Shown piece by piece: positions 24,031 through 37,150 of a DNA stretch of 64,000 nt. Origin of the DNA: Glaucostegus cemiculus (taxonomy: Eukaryota). The notes under the pieces are model-generated. The model did no database searches, had not been told where the DNA came from, and saw nothing but the letters and a program-made list of their open reading frames with translations. A program made the translations under genes and the position numbers. The number at the start of each line of letters is the position of its first letter. The first letter of the stretch is position 1. The DNA is taken from NCBI GenBank assembly GCA_976551045.1, contig CDPCPM010000033.1, forward strand, positions 2,666,001 through 2,730,000. The letters are read 5' to 3'.

Positions 24031-27000
24031 TAATCATTTTTATTTACTGTGACGTGCCACAACAATAGAAAAAAAAATGGTAGGAGAAAAGAATTTGAAT
24101 ATTAAATTATTCAAACAGAATACTAAGGTATTTGTATCGTGCATTATTAATTGAATAATTTAATGCTCTGTCTAGAAATGAGACAGTTGTCATGTTTTGT
24201 AAAATTACAGTCGTCAATTTGTGTTTTTGCCAGCAGTTACTAAAGCTCTCTGTCAGTGGTTTAATACAGAATTTATTCAGAATCATTAGCAGAAGCACTA
24301 CAGAGGCCAACATCAGCATATCAAACTCTAGATGCCAGTGTTACAACAGAATGACCGATAAAGTACAATTTTTTTCATATTTGGTGTGACCAATCATGTG
24401 ATGCATAAAGTCTAAATGGCTTACTGAATGTTGTAGCACGGTTCCATCCCATTGGCTGCAGTAGGGGTGCATGCAGATGGATGACAGTGACAAGGGGGAG
24501 AAGTGCTTTTGCTTATCCGTGCGTTAAGATGCCATCCAGAGGCTCCGTGCTGCAGACACTTCATTAGAATGCCAAGATAATGGCAAACTACCACTCAGAG
24601 TGACACCCCATTTCCTGCTTACTGATCTCTCCCACCTCAGCAGATGTCAACAATCCCACACAGCCCTTGCACAGCCATGATTTTCAAACACTTTGACTTC
24701 AGATTCTACTGTCCCTCTGACTTGAAAAATGTTACAAAATTGCAGGCTGAGAGGAAATTGTTCCACATTTCCTGACAAATTGAGTTAAACGGACATTAAG
24801 TGAGCCTTAAGAAAACAAATGGCTTTCTTTATCACAGGTGGATACTGATGCTTTAATGGGTTTGTGCTGATTGTATCATTGCTAATGGTTTGACGGGAAG
24901 CATTAGAATTTTTCATAAAAAAAATCTGGCAAAGCACGCCTTGCTAACACAGACCTGTCAAGCGCACTCTGTCCCTTTTGTGCAGGGAAGCAGATGTTTC
25001 TAAGTATACTATAGACTGGCATTAGATCGAGTGGCAGATGCCTGTGAGAGTGCCAGGTTTTTTAGATTTTATGAAACGAGCATGTGGTGTTTTGGGCAGG
25101 GACTTCTCTGTTCAAACTTTGCTGATTCTCAAAAGGCATTTTTATTTCCTGATTCAGATCTCCAATTTTCATTTTAAGCATTCTATTACACCTAGGCATT
25201 CACCTGAGGCATTTAAGGCAAGCTTGGTTATGTGTCCACACACCCCTCCATTCCACTCATTATGAGCTTCAATTCACTCCCTTCCTGCCTTTGTTTCTAA
25301 TCATTGCAACAGCCATTACATTTCTGTGAGGTTTGACAAGTTCCAGATGATTTTAAACAGCACTCCATTTTGATTTGTTTTATCATCTGACAAGTTTTAG
25401 TTAAATGAAACATAGGAAAATGGCTTCATTTTCTGAGCAAACTATTGCCAGAGCTTTGCAGAAATACAGCAAGATTAATTAAGATTTTTTTTAGTTTTTG
25501 AGGAATCTACTCCATCAGTCTTTGTACTACTACAAATTGCCAATCCAAACTGGACTGGGTTTACTTCATATTGCTTTGTATGAGAAAGCAAACATTGCAC
25601 ACAATTCTTCAGCAAAGGATTACAGATTCATTAGGAGACAATCTCTGACTATGCATTTTTGTAACAATTGGTGTATAAATTAAACTAGAAAACTAAATGC
25701 ATGCAAAGAAATTATGTATATAATATTAATAGAAGCCGGCAAATATTCCATTGACTATTTTTCAGAATTTACTGACTATTCCCCATCATCATGATGACTA
25801 AGGCAGTGATGAAACTATCCTCTGCTGCCAAGCCAAACAGTTCAGTGAACTAGCTGTTAAAATAACCAAACTCTGACAAAATGACAGAAAATTTCCTGCT
25901 GCCTGACTTAAAGGAATTAGGATGATTAACTGCAGTTAATAATGCCCAGATTTTCTGGTCAGCAACAATGTGTCAGCATTTGCCATTGACCTTGTAAAAG
26001 CTTACCTACAAAGTGCTAAAGTGGTTCCAGAATGCAGATTCCCTCTTTTCCAGTATCATATCATCTGAGGTCATTGGACAGAGATATTTGCTGTCATCAA
26101 AATGGCTGAGCAGCCAATCTGATTTAGGAATGCATACAGGCAAGAAACCAAGAAGTCAAAGACACTCATTTTAAACATATTGGAGAAAATGAAATAAGAA
26201 TGGGTCACACATGAGAGTAAGATAGTTTCTGAAATATATATCATAGATTATAGAATATAATTTCTATTATTTTAAGAACTATTGTCTGGAAAATCACTCT
26301 TGGTCAGAAGTAGTAAATGCACTAATTATAGTCACGGTGTGTTGTATTCACCTCTAAAATTCAAATTAATTGGCTTCAATGAAATTAATTTAGGAGAAAG
26401 TTCAGAGAACACAGATATTACTATACAGCATGGTTAGCATTACAAACAGGATGAATTTCCAAGCAATAGAATTTTCAAATTTTATTTTGATAGCTCATCA
26501 AAATGTTGATGCAAAAATTAATTGTTGAAGAACAAAGATGTTATTCTGCAGCATTTATATTTCAGTATGTGATTAAAAGCAGTCATTCCCTGTTCACTAA
26601 GGCTCAGTACTGTCAATATTGTTTGCAGGGAGAATAATGTGTAAAAAGTTGAAGGTGTCATCAAATTACTGATTCTGTGTCAATTGCCTCAAGGAAGACT
26701 TCAACAAAAAAGTAAAGTATCATGGACAACAACTTTGGGATTGCCACATTTAACTGTGCAGATGCCAGATATTGCTGTCAAATTTATAGAGTAATAACGA
26801 AGAACACTGTCAGTTTTGCAGTTTTTACAGACACAAGTTCCAGCCATTGTCCTGTTAACCATGTCAAAAACATTGCATCAGTTTTGCAGATGCCTGGCTC
26901 TCAATTGCCAGCAGATCCAGGGAAATGGCAGCCTTTTTGTGGCAAATTAATTCTCAGCTCGCACAACATAATAGTGAAATATAGACAACACTGTAATAAG

Positions 27001-29629
27001 CTGCTCAGCAGCTAGGGGTAATTCCTTATTGTAATATTAACCCTCATCTCATAAGTAAATAAGCAATCCAATAAAAGCCCCTTTGATTTGAAATAATAGC
27101 TAAAATACTTCACATATTTTCTGAAACCCTATACTTTGCTTTATTACTGGAATTTAATCAGTTTGATATCTCTGCTCGAAAGGAACTTATGATTTCAATA
27201 AATGCACATAGTTACCTCTCCGTCTGACACAATTGCAGCTTTATAATTCTTGCATTATTATTTCACTCTTTTCATATTTCCTCTCTTTTTCTAAGGATGG
27301 TTCCCTAACCAATTATGTTTGGAACCTTTTGTTTTCTTTGTTTCATCTGGCCTCCAGCATACATTTTTGGAGGTAAAGGAAAATTATTAAAAATAAATTG
27401 CCTAATTTTTTGAGCCACATGAGAGTACAGACTTAAAGGACTAACGTGAATTTTCATCACATCTTTTAACACATAAAATCTCTGCCTCCAGACCTAAATA
27501 TACACCCATAGGTAGCATTGCATAGATGGTTAAACTGACCTAATTTCATGAAAGATATGAGTACATTGCTTTCCTCTTTGTTTCAATTAACTTGTTTTGA
27601 AGCAATCTTGTGTATACTCTGTTTTTACATGTATCCCTGAACAATTTAACGAAGCTACACATAATCATACTTACATAGGTTAGTCATTCTTTTTCATCAA
27701 ATCACCATTCCCACATGCATATTGTCTACAAATTATTACTTTCACTATTAACAAATGAACACTGAACTCACATATGACTTTCTTGCCTGCCATTTTGAGG
27801 GAGACATGAACCTATTTAAAATAACCAAGTTAGAATCTTGCATAAGTAGTGTTTTGCACTAACATTGCAGTCAGTTATTTTAATCGTGGCATTTCAGTAA
27901 CTTCTAGTCTTAGTAAGAACAACCGGGAATGCTCTGGTTCTCTGTAATTAAGTGGTGTGTACAAGTTAGAAAACTTTATGGTATAAGTGTTGAATAGCTT
28001 GCACAATGGGAATGGTGTTGATAACTTCAGGAGGAATGTTGCTGGCATTCTGATGAACAAAGTAATTTAATGATGTGAGAGTTGAAGTATGTTGGGTCTT
28101 TTTGAAGTTTGTCTTTGGCTTGAATCAAGCCCAGTGGTTTACACTCATCATGTATATTTCTGTATTCCCTTATTATGTTTAGTCTTTCTCATAATACCTC
28201 TCTAATTTTATGTGAAACTTAAAGTATTTTAACAATCACTGCAGATTAAGGTCACTGCAGTGTCAAGGTACAACCATTCAATTTACTTTGTATATTTTTT
28301 CATAGTTCATTATTATGAATTGTTGCTTTCAGTATCGGGAAGTTTATCACGTATGGTATAGGATGATTATTCATGAGATTATAAAATAAATGGGTTGTAC
28401 AGAACAAGATGTACCTTGGACAATGCTATATTTTGAAGAACTCAATGCAAATCAAATCCATTGATATTTTCCTTCCCTCCCCAATAGTTTCCTATATCTC
28501 CAGTCAGTACATACAGCTGTTAGTCCTCAGTAAAGCCCCTATACATCAATTTGCAAATGAGGCCCAGATCATCATTTAAAGAAATAATGAGACATTTGGA
28601 GGTAAAGCTTTGAAATTCAGAGAAGCCGGCTGAAGATCATATAACATGAATTCTCCAAAGTTCCCAAGCTCCAATTATTGACTGCTTCCAGAAGGATGCC
28701 CTCTACCCAATCTTCTAAATGTACTGCCACTTCAAATAGCAACCCATAAGATCAGTAACTCCATAAACATTATTACAATCCCAGATGACCTATGTCAAAG
28801 CTTGTTGTCATTATTCCCAACATCAACCACAAATCAGGAAAGGATATTTTGACTAGTTTGCTGATGACTTCAGAACAGTCTGTGCAGAGAATAAAATAAA
28901 TATTACTTTGTTGTTGCACCTGAATTTGTGATAGAATTCCAACTGTCCACCAAGATATTTCATTGTGGTTTGGTCATCTGAATGTAAATATGTAATTGAG
29001 TTACATGTAGATGGGACATGATGATGCAATATACCCATGGTGTAAGCACACAGATAGTTCTAAATAAAGCCCTAATACAGGTGCTAAATTCTTGGTCTCT
29101 GCTGGGAATCTTTTAATGCATTACCCACGAACTCTGAAGTAATGATTCACAGACCATCTCCCATCCCTACGAGGAGAGTCAAAACATCTGATGCAAATGA
29201 GATGTTTTGAAGAACCTCTTCAAAGAACCTGCTGAGCATTGACGATTGCTACTACTGAAAACAGAACCTCAAAACTCCACAGTTGTGGAAGAGAAGTTGG
29301 TCAGGATTTTGAAACGTCTGTTGATGCACAGAGAGCTGGTAAATCTGCCTATAGCACTCATGCTGTTGCATTTAAAAGGACAGAAATATTGTAAGAAGGA
29401 AGAAGCCAATCACAGTGGAACGAAATACAGAAAAATCAGACACAGTACAGAGAATCTCTGAGTGCAGCAGCATCACACTTTAGGTAGAAAAATAGATATA
29501 ATGGTCTCTTCACACCATTAGTCCTTCCCACCATTTATGGGGAGAATGGGAATGTCCTTTAACTGCAAATGATATTTTGGAAGTAGAGGATCATATGATT
29601 TATGACTGGTAACATGCTGAAAACTGACT

Positions 29630-29760
29630 CTATTTTGATTAAACGTTATCATCCCACAATATTAATTTTGCTTCTCTCTACATTGATGCTGCCTAACTTG
29701 CTGAGTATCTCCAGCATTTTGTTTTTATTTAAGACTTCCAGTACTTGCAGTTTTATTTTT
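29630..29760 (+). mobile_element. Decayed Penelope pLTR-derived fragment
   Basis: gatgctgcctaacttgctgagtatctccagcattttgtttttatttaagacttccagtacttgcagtttt. Confidence 0.7.
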
Positions 29761-31519
29761 ACTTTTTATTCATCCAGTCCATTATGCTTTCGTTCCTGCT
29801 AGCTAAAATAAAGTTACAAAACTGTGGAGATTTGAAGTTAAAAAAGTGAAAAGGAGTTCAAGTTAGATTTCTGTTCATCCACTTGGCTGTAATTAGCACT
29901 TGAGGTACTTATTTATACAGCTTTGAGAAAGGATTTTTTCTGTCATTACATGATCCAGGCACAGTGTTCTCATGGTCATGTACTGTATAAACAGAAAAAA
30001 AGAGGAAGTATATGTTAAAATCTCCTCACTTGTATAAAAATGGAAATGATAACAAAGGAAGTGAATATCTCAAAAAGTGAAGGACTATTAGTTTTGCCTC
30101 AGGTGGATAAAAACTGACACCAGCAACTTAATTTAGTTGGACAATAACCAAATTAATTTTAAGGGTTACTGACCTTTCCATTTGCCTATGAGAAGGCACT
30201 GACCTTTAAGTATACAGAAAAAGGAGAAGAGGGATGTAAATGTATATTTCAGGAGATTTCTCTTCTTCTGTGCAAATTAAAATTAAATGTAATTCTGTAT
30301 TTCTCTTTATTTTACAAATTACTTGTTTGGCATTTAAAATACATTTCTTTAATGTAATAACTGAAGTTAACAAGTGAAAACTCTTTGGATGGTCAGTTAC
30401 TGTCTAATGTTACTAATATTGAAATACTGAACTAAACATTCTGCTTCAGCACCTTTCTTGAATGAGAACTGGTACAACTAGATATGTATTCTAGAATAAT
30501 GGTTTAAAGTGAGAAAAGATCTGAAGCAAGAGAATAGAAAACTGCTTGAAGGAAGCTTATTACCCAGAACACTATTTAAAGGAGGGCAAGAGAAGAATGG
30601 TGTTGGCAGTGAATGTACAGGCAAAATCAAATGACATCTCCTTGTCCAGGTAGTTAGACATTCTAGGGGATATTTGGCTATTGGATAAAATGTGACAAAA
30701 TGCATATATGTCATTACAGCAGAAATGTTGAACAAGGATGAGCACAAAGCAATTTCAGTTTTACACACTTACATGCAAATTATATGCCAATGTATCTCAA
30801 ATACATTTTGTTCTAAGAGTTGATCAATGCTCCTGACTATTTTGCATCAGTACACATTAGACACTTAGATACAAAATGTAAATGTATTTGCAAAACACTC
30901 AGGTCTTTGCCTTGTGGCTCAGTTGTTACTTCAGAAAATGCATTGTTCTTTATTTTCTTGTGAGCAAATAATCGGGTTTAGCATGATTGCTAATTCAGAT
31001 GTTGTTGCTAATCTTAAATAGATGAATACCAAAATTTACTGAAGGAGTACACCAACATACATAGATGTGGTGTTAATTTACTTAAATGATTGGACAGTCT
31101 TATGAACATTGAGCTAAACTTTGATCTCTGACAGGTTCTGTTCACTAACTCAATTTTCTGTGGTATGAACGGGCAAAAATACTTCATTGGCTATAAAGCC
31201 CTGTTTGATACCCCAGTATCCAGAAAGTCATTGTATAAATGCAACATTTTCTTTTCTCCTCACAGATAATTTGCTAATTTTTCATCATTTTTTTTTTTCT
31301 CAGATTTCTACTATCTGTGTTGATTGTTCTACCAAGAAAACTTGGGAAAAAGAATGCAATGCTCAATCTTTAGTTATTGATCATATTCAAACAGCAATAT
31401 TAAGAAAAATGAGACATACGATGAACGGTGAAAAAAACCGAATTGAGTCCTAGGCGTTGTATTGGATGGCAGAAAAGGTTGGCAGGGACCCTTTGGCTTT
31501 GCTTCTATTTCTCTCATTC

Positions 31520-31700
31520 TAGGCTCTTAAACAAAGGCTGTGAATAGAAACTCTCGAGGCTTTCAGAGGAAGTGAGCGGATCTTTGATTCAACAGGGAGT
31601 AGAGGAGATGAAGTTGACGTTGAGTGGAAGGAAGACAAAGTGATTCATGTAAGATCATAACATGGGATGGAATGCATGCTTGCAATTACATTCTTACTTC
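31520..31700 (+). mobile_element. Very decayed CR1 3' end
   Basis: aaggctgtgaatagaaactctcgaggctttcagaggaagtgagcggatctttga...agggagtagaggagatg follows the layout of the CR1 ORF2 end and 3' UTR. Confidence 0.45.
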
Positions 31701-33227
31701 TGTAGATCTTGGAACTTACATTTTAAAAAACATTAACAATTCTTAATATTTAAACAAATTTGTCTAACTATATGGTGTCATTCAAGCACCACCTCAAACA
31801 AAATACAATTAAAATTGACAAAAATAGCAAAAAAAGGCAGCTTAATGTAGAATAATAACAGCTGATGATGGCAGCTGTTCAGTTTGTCAATGAATTTGTT
31901 CAGCTTGCTGGCAGAATGTGCAAATCAGGGATGCAGTTCATAATAATGTATGTTGATGTAGCAAGCATTTGTTATTAAACGGAACCTTCAGAAAATGATG
32001 TGAAACATTGAAAACCTGGAATAACATGAAACTTCAAAAGATGTTTATACACCTACTAACTTTAGTCCCCTATTTCCTCCAGCAGTGACAGCCGGGCTCG
32101 TCGTTGCCTGCTGCTAGATTAGGGTGCAGCTGTTATGCCTACTGGCTCAATCCCACATGGGCATTAAGAGCTACTGCACTGGCAACACCTCCCATGAAGC
32201 ACTTCTGTTATGGTCTTTGCAAGTGAAATTTCATGTCAAAACCTGCAGCTTCCTACCACATGCCTTCTTAACTAATCACGATCTACTCAAAGCAATAGCT
32301 GATATTTTTAATGGAACATATATGCTGATTCACCAATACCAATTCTGTAAACCAATGTTGCAGATATCAGTTAAATTGTAATGGTTGGATAAGTTACTGG
32401 CTTACGATAGCTCGAAAAGCTGAGGTTTACTTCTAGTTAATTGGTTCAAGTTTGCTAAATTGCCTGTTATTGGAATTCATTTACTCAGGTTTTGAAATTT
32501 CATAGCTATGCATGGCATCATCAAGGAGAGTGTCAAAGTTCAATGTATTACGCTCATGCCACACCTTCTGTTGGCTGATAATGATTGGTATTTAAGATTC
32601 AGTCTTCTTATGGCAAGAATTATGTGGAGATTAGCCACTTGCCCTGAAGAGTATTTGGTGAGAAATACATTTTGGTTTAAATTAGAAGACCCAGAAGAAT
32701 CCATAAGATTGTTTTAGCTTTAAAGCCACGTAAAAGAGAGAAATTATTTTTGCTTTTTTATGTAAAACTAAATGACAAAATAATTACAATTAATAGAGGA
32801 AGTCAGCTACAAAATAAAATGTAAAAGTAGGTGCATATTTATATCATCATTCCTCTTCCCTGATTTATTTTTCACATGACATCCTTTGAATGTCAATGTA
32901 GCAACTTCTAAAAGATTGACTACAATAAATATGTCTGCAATGTCAAATTATTTGTAGCGTATGCCGGCACTTTGGGTTCGAAGAAAACTTAAGTGTTTGA
33001 CATCTGATTTCAATTTTATTTGCAGATTTGGATTCTTAACATTTATAATATTTCATATGTATGTAAAAACACTCATGCAGATTCCCTTTTCGTCATTAAG
33101 TCAAACAAAGATATTGTTGTCCACTTCCTTGGATCTACCAATCTGTCAAAAAACATGAGAAAAACTTGGTGGTTTCCACATTAAACAAGCAGGCACTAAA
33201 CTAAATTGGCTTGGTACACAGAGTCAT

Positions 33228-33350
33228 AGAGTGGTAGTGGAGGGTTGTTTTTCAGACACAGGGAAATGGGACTAGGCCAGGTAGGCAACTTGGTCAGCAC
33301 AGATGCGTTGGGCCGAAGGACCTGTTTCCCTGCAGTATAACTCAATCCAA
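33228..33350 (+). mobile_element. CR1 fragment: RT piece joined to 3' tail
   Basis: gagtggtagtggagggttgtttttcagac (RVVVEGCFSD) joined directly to gggaaatgggactag...ttggtcagcacagatgcgttgggccgaaggacctgtttccctgcagtataactc. Confidence 0.75.
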
Positions 33351-35469
33351 TCTATTCATCTTGTTGTACTTCCAGAATCACAATAAGGTTACAGGCACAG
33401 AGAGGCCACTTGGTCCATCAAATTCACCAGCAACCATTCACAAAACTCATATAATGGCAAAATCCTTACAAGATGAAAATCTATGTATGCAAAGGGATTT
33501 GTTGCTTTCTGCTTGTTTAACTTAATTTTAAAAGTAGGAGTTGATTTAATATCTGCAATGATCTAAATTCAATAAAATTCAGGGATTGGAGTATGACCTG
33601 AAACTGGTGCCAATTGTGCAACTTTTGCTGGCTGGTTATCAGTACTTTCTCATTATAATTATTAGAATTTGTTGGAAGAGCAGAAAACGTTCAGTTATGA
33701 TTTTACACTCAGTACTAATAAGCCAGTTTTATAACTTCTCCCCTCAGAATTGGCCAAATCCAAATTGACAGGATGACATCAACCATCAGTAATGACATCA
33801 CCAAAAGCTATTGCTTAAAGGATCTTTAAAATGACATTTTGGCATAGCTGGAGTTTCAAATCTGAGTTATAAACATGTTTTTCTGTAATATGGTACAGCT
33901 TTAAAGCAGATCCAGTAATAAAACTGACTGAGTTTGGTTCAAACAGCAATTTCAACCTATTTTTCAACACATGGCTCATTCCAGCTCAGAGTGACATAAA
34001 GCAACCCTACCCATCTACCCAAGAGGTTAGTATACTCTCCAGGCACACAGCCATGCTCTGCCCTCATAAACTTGTGTGTGCACTGGGACTTGCTGAACAT
34101 GCTCTAGGGCTGGATGACATCTCCCTTCAGTGTGCCAACATCGGTCCCTCAGCACTATGTAGACTACAGTGTGCTGACTACAGACTGCATGCTGCGGATG
34201 ATTTAATATACACAAACATCAAAGTACTTTCCTTGGTAATTATATTTTTTCTTACAAACTTAGTGCCAGCCATTTTATGAACAATTAGACTCAAGCAAAA
34301 ATTACTGGCATAGTTAAAAAAAGCCCGGTAGATAGGAGTGTATTAAGCAGATACACTACTCCGAACTTTTATTTGACATTTTATTTGGCTTTGAAAAATG
34401 ACCAGCATTAGATTATAACATAATTTGTCTTGTCTTTATTACTAGCACAAAGGACACCATTCATTAATTATTCTGCTGTTGCAGCTTAACACTGCCTGGA
34501 AAGGTCTCTCTTTGGACAGATGGCTGGAAAGATGTTATTTATATCAATCAGTTCAAAATGCTCAACAAGGATTACTGTTTCTGTGACTGCAATGATTTAT
34601 TTTCTTTTACCTCATACACCCTACACCTCTTGCCCATTGTATGAACAGTTATACTCAATACAAGAATAAGCATTGTCAATATTGTACCAGCAAAACAGGA
34701 ATTGCCAAGCGGTGCTGATTTAAATTCATTTCTATTATTCTAATTTGAAAATAAATGCTTTAGGCACATACTATTTACTGCAGCTATTTTTAGTTAACCA
34801 CTAAAATAATTCAGTACTTACTAATAATAAATCTTTTCAGTGAAAATATTAATTATAAGGGCCCTTTTAAAACGTGTTTTAATTATTATAATCTGTCTAC
34901 TAAATAAACGGGTTAACAAGACAAGTAACCTAGTTCATTAAGTACAAGTCTTATTGGAACCCCAAAAGAAATTTGATCTCAAGCCATTTAGTGGATGTCC
35001 TGAATGCCAATATCCATGACTAATACCCATTACAAGACAATTGTATTTGTATTATCATGGCCTGAACTACTCCTGTTTATAACCAATACTTTTTGCTGTT
35101 CTATGGAAAAGTGTTTAGTTCATTCAGAAATATTTTCTTGATTATAATGGTTAAAATCTCATTTCACCCCCACCCTCTATCCTTCCACCTCCATCAATCA
35201 CAGAACCAAAATTTTACATAACTTGAAAACCTTTAGACTAACAAACTTTGGTTCAATCATGGCTTTTCATTTGGAGCAAACAATAAATCAAAATATTGAA
35301 ATTCTTGAAAGGAATAACAATGCAATTTTTTGTACAATATGCAATAAAATTATTCCTTTTTCTTTCAGACAGTTGAACACTAAAATATTTCCATTAGGAT
35401 CATCTTGCTCAAATTAAACCTCTTTAAGACAAATAGCAGCAAAATGCAAATAAACTCAAATTGAACAGC

Positions 35470-37150
35470 TTCTCCTTTGACTTCATCCATTTCCTCCAAA
35501 TCAAATATGGAGATATGGGAACGCCAATGGGTCCGAACTATGCTGGTCTTTCTGTGGAATATGTGGAACAATTTTTGTTTCAGTCCTATGCAAAATCCTC
35601 CCTCAGCTCATTTACGACTCTATTGCTGCTACATCCTACTATTGTCCAAACTTCAAATGCTTCATCAACTTTGTTGGTAGTTTCCACCCTCCTCTCACTT
35701 TTGCATAGTCCTTTATTGATTTTTTTCCTTGTCTTTCTTAACTTGTCCACTACCATCTCCACTTCAAGGGATATGTTAGTACCCAATATCCATTACAAGC
35801 TGAAAGGCTTTCACAGCTATCCTGGTTACTCCTGTTCGTATTCTCCTTCCTCTCGGGATTCCATTCCATTCTCCCAGCTTCCACTGTACCAGGACTAGTG
35901 ACAATGTCTTTTACACCACTGCATTAGAGATGTCTCCTTTTCTCCTTGTTCCTAGCTTTCTCTCTCAACTACATATCTTCTGTTGCTTCTCCCCCCTCCC
36001 CCCCACACACACACTTTTGTTCTCACTCCTTTTCCTGCTCCCAGACCAAGGATAGGGTTTCCTTTGTCCTTGCATTCCTTTCCAACAGCTTCCACATTCA
36101 AAGGGTCATATCTGTAATTTCTAACACCTTTGATGTGATACCATTACCAAACTAATCTTTCCTTCCCCTCCCTTCTTCATTCAGTAAGTGATTGTTCCCA
36201 CCATGCTCCCCTAGCTTACTATTCCATTATCACCAGAACCCACTCCCCTTCTCACAGTGCCTTCCCATGCAATGTAATGCAACATCTGCCCACTTACTTC
36301 TTCCCTTCATGCTGTCCAGAGACCTAAAAACTCCAACCAGACGAAGCACCACTTGTGCTTCTTCCAAGTCTGAGATACTATGTTCTATGCTGACAATGTA
36401 GTTCATTCTACGTTGCAGAAATTCAAATGCAGATTGGATGATCATTACAAGAAACCCCTCCATCCAGTCAACTTGGTTTCAATTTGAGCACTATTTCAAT
36501 TCTCCATTCAACTCCCACCATGATCTCTTAAACTACTCCCATCAAATACAATTTAAACTCAAGGAATAGGATTGCATCTCATCTTCTGACCAGGCATGCA
36601 ACAGCTCAAAAGGATCTTTATTGATTTCAACAATTTCCGATAACTATTTTATCCAGCACTAACTGTGTGAAAGCTAATCAGCCAGTAATGTCAACTTACT
36701 TATTTCTCTCTCCACAGATGCTGCCTGACATGATGAGCATTTCCAGCATTTTCTTTCCTTCTGGATTTCTAACAACAGGTGTGTTTTTTTATCTCACAGG
36801 TCGAGCCCTTCCTTCTTTCCCCCTCTATTTCCTTTCACCTCCTATATATGCATCTTTTCTAGTCTGATCAACTGCAGTAAACAAGCCTTCAACACCCTCT
36901 CTCAGCTGAATCATCACATTGTGTCATTCAGTCTTGCTTGGTCTCCCCTGAACACAAGCATTCCCTTTAATCTCTGCACACCATTTCCCCATGTCCCCCA
37001 CACCCATTTAAGAATGCAACTTAAAAATGTTTTATTTCTATCTTTTCCTAATTTTTATGAAAGATCACTGACCTTAAATGTTAACTCTTTCTCTCTCCGC
37101 AGATGCTGCCTGATTTACTGAGTATATCCGGCATTTTCTCTTTATATTGC
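35470..37150 (+). mobile_element. Penelope-like retroelement, 5'-truncated pseudogene (RT, GIY-YIG endonuclease, 3' pLTR)
   Basis: ORF 35461-35898 HFLQIKYGDMGTPMGPNYAGLSVEYVEQ (Penelope RT Q..G.AMG..MGPSYA) and IHYK..HSY..Y..S......SIPFSQ. 36310-36470 is a decayed QGPK..FTC.S.N..YCI.C..C...Y.GE.K..L..R...H GIY-YIG region. The ORF ends ...DFNNFR* near 36643. pLTR copies at about 36700-36790 and 37045-37150. Confidence 0.9.

Noticed and set aside
31500-31655. Apparent exon (polypyrimidine-ag ... gtaaga) with an acidic peptide
   Set aside because: All three frames from the acceptor hit stops; better explained as a decayed CR1 3' end.
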